A stretch of DNA of 27,301 nt. It comes from a virus. Under the pieces are notes generated by a model that saw only the letters and a list, made by a program, of their open reading frames with translations, made no database searches and was not told where the DNA came from. The stretch is taken from positions 1-27,301 of the IMG/VR virus record IMGVR_UViG_3300043568_000799, one strand, 5' to 3'. This document shows, piece by piece, positions 17,021 through 21,443 of this stretch (the stretch's first letter is position 1; every line of letters starts with the position of its first letter). The translations under genes were made by a program, and so were the position numbers.

Positions 17021-17228
17021 TCTGTATTTAATTAAAGGCGCAGAGGCGCGGGAAAACTTAGCACTGTGCAGGGAGTTTCGGAAAGTCGATAGCGCAGTCA
17101 TTGCACAGCAGGGCAAGATTGAGGCTAAGCTTTTAGATCGCATACAGGCAACCGATAAACAGGTAACTAAGTGGAAACGCCTAACTTTTGGGATTTCATT
17201 GCTAAGTATTATTTTTGCTATACTATGA
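16923..17228 (+). CDS. o-spanin- or u-spanin-like protein (N-terminal signal with Cys, C-terminal TM)
   Basis: MTRFTLLLMAILLAAPRVALSQC... at the N-terminus and LTFGISLLSIIFAIL at the extreme C-terminus. It is in the +1 frame relative to 16727-17020, and its stop overlaps the endolysin ATG (ATGA). Confidence 0.45.
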   Translation: MTRFTLLLMAILLAAPRVALSQCTDSSTVSASNLYLIKGAEARENLALCREFRKVDSAVIAQQGKIEAKLLDRIQATDKQVTKWKRLTFGISLLSIIFAIL

Positions 17229-17788
17229 AAATTGAACAACTCAGGGCCACGATGGCCGCTAAGAAATACGCTTTCTTTGAGGGCGGCGAATACAATTTAA
17301 ATATTATAGGGATCCGCAACTCGGCCACTGGTAACAAAGTTACTAACGCTTTTGACGATAAGCTTGTAGTTGCTTACCAAGTTGCCGGGGCTTGGGTGAT
17401 CAAAGAATATCCAATAACAACCGACAACGGCGGCGGTACTGCGCGCCTAGTTTGCAACCAGTACAGAGGTAGCCACGCCATCGGCTTGCACCAAGGTAAG
17501 TATGAGGCATTGCGCCAAGTTGCACCTGTAACAGTGTACCGCGATTTTACAAAGGATGGAATATATCAAACTGATAAAACCGAAACGGGCGTTTTTGGAA
17601 TTAACATACATAAGGCTGGCGTTGATAGTGCCCGAGTGGATGACTGGAGCCACGGCTGCCAAGTGTTTAAACGAGTTGCTGATTTTAACGAGTTTATGCT
17701 ATTAGCAAAAAAAGCGGCCGCCTTACATGGCAACCGCTTTAGTTATACTTTGATAGAGTCTAAGGACTTGGTTAACCTTTTGGATTAA
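17225..17788 (+). CDS. Putative endolysin with a YkuD-like (L,D-transpeptidase fold) catalytic motif
   Basis: INIHKAGVDSARVDDWSHGCQVF has His-x15-Cys with an SHGC signature, as in YkuD-family enzymes. It terminates the lysis cassette. I prefer the ATG at 17225 to the track start at 17171. Confidence 0.6.
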   Translation: MKIEQLRATMAAKKYAFFEGGEYNLNIIGIRNSATGNKVTNAFDDKLVVAYQVAGAWVIKEYPITTDNGGGTARLVCNQYRGSHAIGLHQGKYEALRQVAPVTVYRDFTKDGIYQTDKTETGVFGINIHKAGVDSARVDDWSHGCQVFKRVADFNEFMLLAKKAAALHGNRFSYTLIESKDLVNLLD

Positions 17789-18380
17789 TCTTAGCGTTTA
17801 TAGCATCCACAGCAGCGGGTTGCATAGGCGTTATGTCTATTACCTCCTCGCTCGTTTGCATGCCCATTAATACCTCGGGGGCGTAAAGCCTACCAAAGAA
17901 AGCAGCGGCGCGATACTTGAGCATAAGCTCGGGCATAGTTTTCCATTTACTCCCTGCTTTGTCTAGCCAACCTTCTGCCTTTGCCATTTCCAAGCTCACT
18001 GTGGGGCCTTCGAGCACCTCGCCCGTGGCTTTGTCAGTTGCTACCGCTTTGCACTTGTTAGCGTCGCCTACAAAGCGTAAGGTAGTGAAACGGCCGCAGC
18101 TGTTTAGGGAGGCAATAATAAAACTGGAGCCCCAAGATGGGCGCCCGTGGATGATATGTAAGTTTTGCATAACCATAAGCGGACTAGCGCCCATACGGTT
18201 AGCCATTTCCAATGCGACTAACGTATTTGCTACATTGTTTTTGTACTGGGTAGGGACGAGGTCGCTGGAGCTTAGGACTTTGGCGATCCGTTGCGCGTGT
18301 TCAAACTGAGCAGGGGCGAAGATTGCGCCGTTGGTAGGCTCGGTTGTGGTTAGTTCGGTGGTGTTTATTTCTGTGGTCAT
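17772..18380 (-). CDS. recT: RecT-family single-strand annealing protein (short form)
   Basis: The C-terminal ...GSKWKTMPELMLKYRAAAFFGRLYAPEVL resembles the RecT C-terminal block. It lies in an operon with a PD-(D/E)XK exonuclease. Confidence 0.55.
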   Translation of the reverse strand: MTTEINTTELTTTEPTNGAIFAPAQFEHAQRIAKVLSSSDLVPTQYKNNVANTLVALEMANRMGASPLMVMQNLHIIHGRPSWGSSFIIASLNSCGRFTTLRFVGDANKCKAVATDKATGEVLEGPTVSLEMAKAEGWLDKAGSKWKTMPELMLKYRAAAFFGRLYAPEVLMGMQTSEEVIDITPMQPAAVDAINAKINPKG

Positions 18381-18589
18381 AATCTTTGTATTTCTAATTT
18401 AACTCGGTTCCAATAATTAAACTCCTCGTTTGGGACTTCAAATTCGTGCCAATTAATTGCCTCGCATATTTCATCGACCGCAATTAATGCACATTGTTTT
18501 GCTTCATTATTATTTGAATTACCATTTGAATGTGGCATAAACTTATCTACTAATTCCTTTGCTTTATCTTTTGGCGTCATGGTTTCCAT
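18377..18589 (-). CDS. Hypothetical small protein
   Basis: 70-aa ORF coupled between the exonuclease and recT genes (overlapping stops and starts). Confidence 0.55.
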   Translation of the reverse strand: METMTPKDKAKELVDKFMPHSNGNSNNNEAKQCALIAVDEICEAINWHEFEVPNEEFNYWNRVKLEIQRL

Positions 18590-19350
18590 ATTTCTAATTT
18601 AGTTACAATTTCAGAATAGCCCGACCAAATGCCAGACTCTTTGCACAGTCTATAAGTGAGCAGATTTTTTTGGTATTTCTGTCTAGCTTCTAGCAGGTCG
18701 TCGGCGCCTAAAAAATAAACGGCGCACAGGAACGGCGGCGATTTTTCAACGGCTATAAAGAAAAAGCCTTCACACTCTTTGCCAGTGGCTTGCTCGAGGC
18801 CGTCAGAATAAAAAGCCGCCTGCACATCGTAACGGTATTTCCTAACAGACTGAGCGAACCCGCGGGGGCTTGCATCCTCAGTAGTTTTTAGGTCTACAAT
18901 TATATTGTCAGGAGTAAGCCAGTCGGGGCGTGCTTTGCAATCTACCTCTATAGCTTCGTCGGTCCACTCGATTACTTTCTCTGCCTGTCCTTCTTTGAGT
19001 AGGTATTTAGCAGCAGGAAATTTACGGACGGCTTCCATTATACGCTCGCATAGGGTTGCGGTTTCTGAGTCGAGGCAAGTAAGCCCTGCGGATTGGGTTA
19101 GGAACTCTTCCCATTCGGCCTTCCCCTTGGAAGTTCGGCGGTCAACGCGTGGCCCAACGGCGTAGCGTTTGCCAAACTCTTCTGGTTCCAATACCGCGCA
19201 ATGGACTGCCGACCCAATGACCAGGGCGGGCGTTTCTTTTTGCGGTGGGGCTTTAGGATTTAAGTAGCGCTCAAAGTAATGAGCTGGAGCGCGGTTAATT
19301 AGGTCGAGGCCGCTTTTAGATATGCGGCTAGTATTAGTGTGGTAAGTCAT
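18577..19350 (-). CDS. PD-(D/E)XK exonuclease (RecE/DUF3799-like)
   Basis: MTYHTNTSRISKSGLDLINRAPAHYF...; D...IVDLKTT (D-x-K core) and ...YDVQAAFY.... The true start is the ATG at 19350. The 76-codon upstream extension in the ORF track runs through a promoter region and a +-strand gene. Confidence 0.8.
   Translation of the reverse strand: MTYHTNTSRISKSGLDLINRAPAHYFERYLNPKAPPQKETPALVIGSAVHCAVLEPEEFGKRYAVGPRVDRRTSKGKAEWEEFLTQSAGLTCLDSETATLCERIMEAVRKFPAAKYLLKEGQAEKVIEWTDEAIEVDCKARPDWLTPDNIIVDLKTTEDASPRGFAQSVRKYRYDVQAAFYSDGLEQATGKECEGFFFIAVEKSPPFLCAVYFLGADDLLEARQKYQKNLLTYRLCKESGIWSGYSEIVTKLEIWKP
19332..19343 (+). promoter_or_regulatory. Operator-like 12-mer TATTAGTGTGGT, copy A (inside codons 3-6 of the exonuclease gene)
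   Basis: Identical 12-mers occur at 19332-19343, at 19581-19592 and, inverted, at 19711-19722. Confidence 0.5.
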
Positions 19351-19356
19351 ACCTTG

Positions 19357-19364
19357 CAAATTTA
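19357..19364 (-). promoter_or_regulatory. Leftward TAnnTTTG box (TAAATTTG on the minus strand), 6 nt from the exonuclease ATG
   Basis: Exact motif; it forms one half of a 40-bp divergent promoter region. Confidence 0.5.
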
Positions 19365-19376
19365 ACACATTATTTG

Positions 19377-19384
19377 TAAATTTG
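19377..19384 (+). promoter_or_regulatory. Rightward TAnnTTTG box (TAAATTTG), 6 nt from the HTH gene ATG, with TTG at 19354-19356 (20-nt spacer)
   Basis: Exact motif. Its -33 element overlaps the leftward promoter. Confidence 0.5.
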
Positions 19385-19390
19385 TAGCAA

Positions 19391-19567
19391 ATGAATAGAA
19401 ATATTGTAATGGAGTTGAAACTGCGAGCGGTTAGTAAAGGGGTAAGTCTTACTAAAGTTTGCGACATGGCAGGGATAAATAGAGGGGTGTTAAGCCATTG
19501 GGCAAAAAAGGAACCCAAAACGTTAACAACTCTGCGCCGTATTAACGAGGTGTTGGATACGCTGTAA
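19391..19567 (+). CDS. Unlisted 58-aa XRE/Cro-like helix-turn-helix regulator
   Basis: My own translation: MNRNIVMELKLRAVSKGVSLTKVCDMAGINRGVLSHWAKKEPKTLTTLRRINEVLDTL. It has a classic HTH (SLTKVCDMAGINRGVLSHW). It falls below the track length cut-off and is hidden under the minus-strand ORF extension. Confidence 0.7.
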   Translation: MNRNIVMELKLRAVSKGVSLTKVCDMAGINRGVLSHWAKKEPKTLTTLRRINEVLDTL

Positions 19568-19578
19568 TAATTTTGCAC

Positions 19579-19592
19579 CTTATTAGTGTGGT
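19579..19592 (+). promoter_or_regulatory. Operator-like motif copy B; left arm of a 14-bp perfect inverted repeat (CTTATTAGTGTGGT)
   Basis: The reverse complement occurs at 19711-19724. Confidence 0.5.
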
Positions 19593-19609
19593 GCTAATTT
19601 TTTAGTTTA

Positions 19610-19640
19610 GCCTCGGGTTTCGGCTCGGGGCTTTTTTTTT
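19610..19640 (+). terminator. Intrinsic terminator after the HTH gene: 8-bp GC stem, UUUCGG loop, T9 tract
   Basis: gcctcggg-tttcgg-ctcggggc (two G.U pairs) followed by ttttttttt. Confidence 0.65.
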
Positions 19641-19668
19641 AAAAAAAATTAAAATATTTTAAAAAATG

Positions 19669-19699
19669 TTTGGTAGTGTGTAAAACTCGCCTATATTTG
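19669..19699 (+). promoter_or_regulatory. Early rightward promoter: -33 TTTG (19669-19672), 19-nt spacer, -7 TATATTTG (19692-19699)
   Basis: Full bipartite Bacteroidota-type consensus. It is preceded by A-tracts starting at 19641, 19651 and 19661. Confidence 0.6.
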
Positions 19700-19710
19700 C
19701 ACATACAAAA

Positions 19711-19724
19711 ACCACACTAATAAG
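19711..19724 (-). promoter_or_regulatory. Operator-like motif copy C; right arm of the 14-bp inverted repeat (ACCACACTAATAAG)
   Basis: Lies between the -7 box and the ATG at 19725. Confidence 0.5.
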
Positions 19725-19904
19725 ATGAAAACACAAATTTTAAACAACAGAAACACAAAAGCAGTCAACATTTTTACCGATGGCACTGGAACCGTTCGCG
19801 CATTTTATGTGCAATTTACCTCCAATGGAGAGCAAGTTTTGCAATCAAAGGATTTTGCAAATACTAACAATGCTACAAAATGGGCTAATAAAATTTTGAA
19901 TTAA
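19725..19904 (+). CDS. Unlisted 59-aa early ORF
   Basis: My own translation: MKTQILNNRNTKAVNIFTDGTGTVRAFYVQFTSNGEQVLQSKDFANTNNATKWANKILN. It is the first ORF after the early promoter and its stop lies 2 nt before the next ATG. Confidence 0.55.
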   Translation: MKTQILNNRNTKAVNIFTDGTGTVRAFYVQFTSNGEQVLQSKDFANTNNATKWANKILN

Positions 19905-19906
19905 TC

Positions 19907-20104
19907 ATGGATGCAATCTACCTTATTCTAGCAACCCCTTTAGCCGTTGCAGTCAGCTTTATCGCTTGGAAATTCAAGCAGTACAAACGCGATCTAAATC
20001 GTTTACCAGAGGCTCGGCCGTATGAGTTTGAGCGCGATGAATTTATTCCGCACTTTGACGACTATACTCAGATGTTAACCCAAAGAAAAACTAAACAAAA
20101 ATGA
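19907..20104 (+). CDS. Small membrane protein (N-terminal TM)
   Basis: IYLILATPLAVAVSFIAWKF hydrophobic segment. Junction is ATGA-coupled. Confidence 0.6.
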   Translation: MDAIYLILATPLAVAVSFIAWKFKQYKRDLNRLPEARPYEFERDEFIPHFDDYTQMLTQRKTKQK

Positions 20105-20460
20105 TACTTTACACCACACTAGCCACTATTGCAGCCGTTGCGCTTGCATTGGCGTTGAATGCTTCCCGCGCTCAGGTGCGAGGATTGAGCAGAGAATTAC
20201 GCAAGAAATCAAATCTAATTACAGATTACGAAATTAAATTAATGTCGTCGCGCTCGGAGTTATTGGGATCGCTTGACAAAGCAAAGACTTGGGAAGGCAG
20301 GGGCGATGAATTAACCCGCCGTTGCTTAGTTGCTGAGAATGACCTAGCCGCAGCGTTACAGAAACTTTTTGCACTGGAGGGAAGGGAAGCGGTACGGAGA
20401 GAACAGGCAAGGCTTAGAAAGGCCAAGGAGAGGGCAAAGAAAAAGGAGGCAGGGCAATGA
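20101..20460 (+). CDS. Membrane-anchored coiled-coil protein
   Basis: N-terminal TM LYTTLATIAAVALALALNA followed by a charged helical region with a KKKE-rich tail. Confidence 0.6.
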   Translation: MILYTTLATIAAVALALALNASRAQVRGLSRELRKKSNLITDYEIKLMSSRSELLGSLDKAKTWEGRGDELTRRCLVAENDLAAALQKLFALEGREAVRREQARLRKAKERAKKKEAGQ

Positions 20461-20696
20461 CAAACAATAAACAACAGACGGCAGTGGAGTGGTTGATTGA
20501 AAAGTGTGCTTGTGTAGATTTGAGACCTGAACTTTGGGAAATCATTAAACAACAAGCCAAAGAAATGGAGAAGGAACAGATAATACAAGCCTACTCCAAC
20601 GCTTGGCATGACGGACAAGACGCTATAATTATGACAATTGAGCACATTGATAAGGGAGGCGACGAAAGAGGCCTTAAATATTATGATCAACTATAA
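20457..20696 (+). CDS. Hypothetical protein
   Basis: 79-aa ORF, ATGA-coupled. No motif recognised. Confidence 0.6.
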   Translation: MTNNKQQTAVEWLIEKCACVDLRPELWEIIKQQAKEMEKEQIIQAYSNAWHDGQDAIIMTIEHIDKGGDERGLKYYDQL

Positions 20697-20970
20697 CCTA
20701 ATCTGGGCCGTTGCAATCCTACGGGATGACTTCGGCCTTACTTGGCGCTCCATCGGTGAGCGCTTGAATATCACAGACAAAACAGCACACTATATTTATG
20801 GAAAAAGAAAAAAGCATTACAGCTTACGTCTGGGCGTTACTGAGCCCAGAGGAACAGGAACGACTCAGACAGTCATTAATTTCCTTGGAAATCTTGGAGC
20901 GCATACGGTTTCACGAGAACGATATGCGCAGCAGGGACCGAATACTCACCACACAAACGACGAAATTTGA
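20683..20970 (+). CDS. Small HTH-containing protein (frame A of a three-frame overlap)
   Basis: MINYNLIWAVAILRDDFGLTWRSIGERLNITDKTAHYIYGK... has an HTH-like segment. Its stop overlaps the next ATG (TGATG). The C-terminal half looks like low-quality coding sequence. Confidence 0.45.
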   Translation: MINYNLIWAVAILRDDFGLTWRSIGERLNITDKTAHYIYGKRKKHYSLRLGVTEPRGTGTTQTVINFLGNLGAHTVSRERYAQQGPNTHHTNDEI

Positions 20971-21022
20971 TGGACTATATACTAGCCTACACGAAGAGCA
21001 GCAGAAGAGTACGGGAGCTTGA
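20798..21022 (+). CDS. Alternative-frame ORF (frame B) with helical, protein-like sequence
   Basis: MEKEKSITAYVWALLSPEEQERLRQSLISLEILERIRFHEND... overlaps frame A by 173 nt and the next gene by 53 nt. Status unresolved. Confidence 0.35.
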   Translation: MEKEKSITAYVWALLSPEEQERLRQSLISLEILERIRFHENDMRSRDRILTTQTTKFDGLYTSLHEEQQKSTGA

Positions 21023-21443
21023 GAACAAACTTGCTTACACCGTTGCAAAATACGAGAAAGAAATAGCAGGGCTAAAAAAGGAAATACTGGCTCCTAAAAT
21101 TAAGTTTACATCCAAGATGGGGCAATTTGAGAAAGTGCTTCAGGTGGCCTGTATGGTTTGCAATGTAACGCCCGCGGAGGTGCTCAGCAAAATGAGGCGC
21201 GGGGATATTATGACGGCCAGGCATTTGGTCGTCTACCTACTGCGCCACGATTACGCGCTGCATTATGCCGAAATAGGGCGGAGGCTTCACCGCGATCACA
21301 GCACAGCAATTAATAGCTTTAAGCAGTTTAGCAATAGCCTAGAATACAGGCGCGAGGAAAGGCGCATTTACAACACCGCCAAAGAGTTGCTTTGTATTAC
21401 TGAGCAGGTCGAAGGCTTAGGAATGGAGGTGCAAAGTGCTTAG
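20970..21443 (+). CDS. DnaA domain IV-like (Bac_DnaA_C) HTH DNA-binding protein; candidate origin-binding or initiator accessory protein
   Basis: ...VTPAEVLSKMRRGDIMTARHLVVYLLRHDYALHYAEIGRRLHRDHSTAINSFKQF... matches the DnaA C-terminal pattern (R.......AR..amYL......s...IG..f.rdHsTv). The start is either the ATG at 20970 or the TTG at 20967. Confidence 0.7.
   Translation: MDYILAYTKSSRRVRELENKLAYTVAKYEKEIAGLKKEILAPKIKFTSKMGQFEKVLQVACMVCNVTPAEVLSKMRRGDIMTARHLVVYLLRHDYALHYAEIGRRLHRDHSTAINSFKQFSNSLEYRREERRIYNTAKELLCITEQVEGLGMEVQSA

Noticed and set aside
19351-19578. N-terminal 76-codon extension of the minus-strand exonuclease ORF (GTG start at 19578)
   Set aside because: The extension is hydrophobic, low-quality sequence. 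It runs antisense through a well-formed HTH gene and two promoter boxes. The recognisable exonuclease N-terminus begins at the ATG at 19350.
19579-19724. The 14-bp inverted repeat pair as an attP core or transposon ends
   Set aside because: The genome has no integrase or transposase. A third copy of the motif lies at a promoter-proximal position, which fits operators better.
20226-20690. 154-aa minus-strand ORF antisense to the early genes
   Set aside because: It is a hydrophobic, Ser/Phe/Leu-rich antisense artefact. The +-strand genes here are coupled and continuous.
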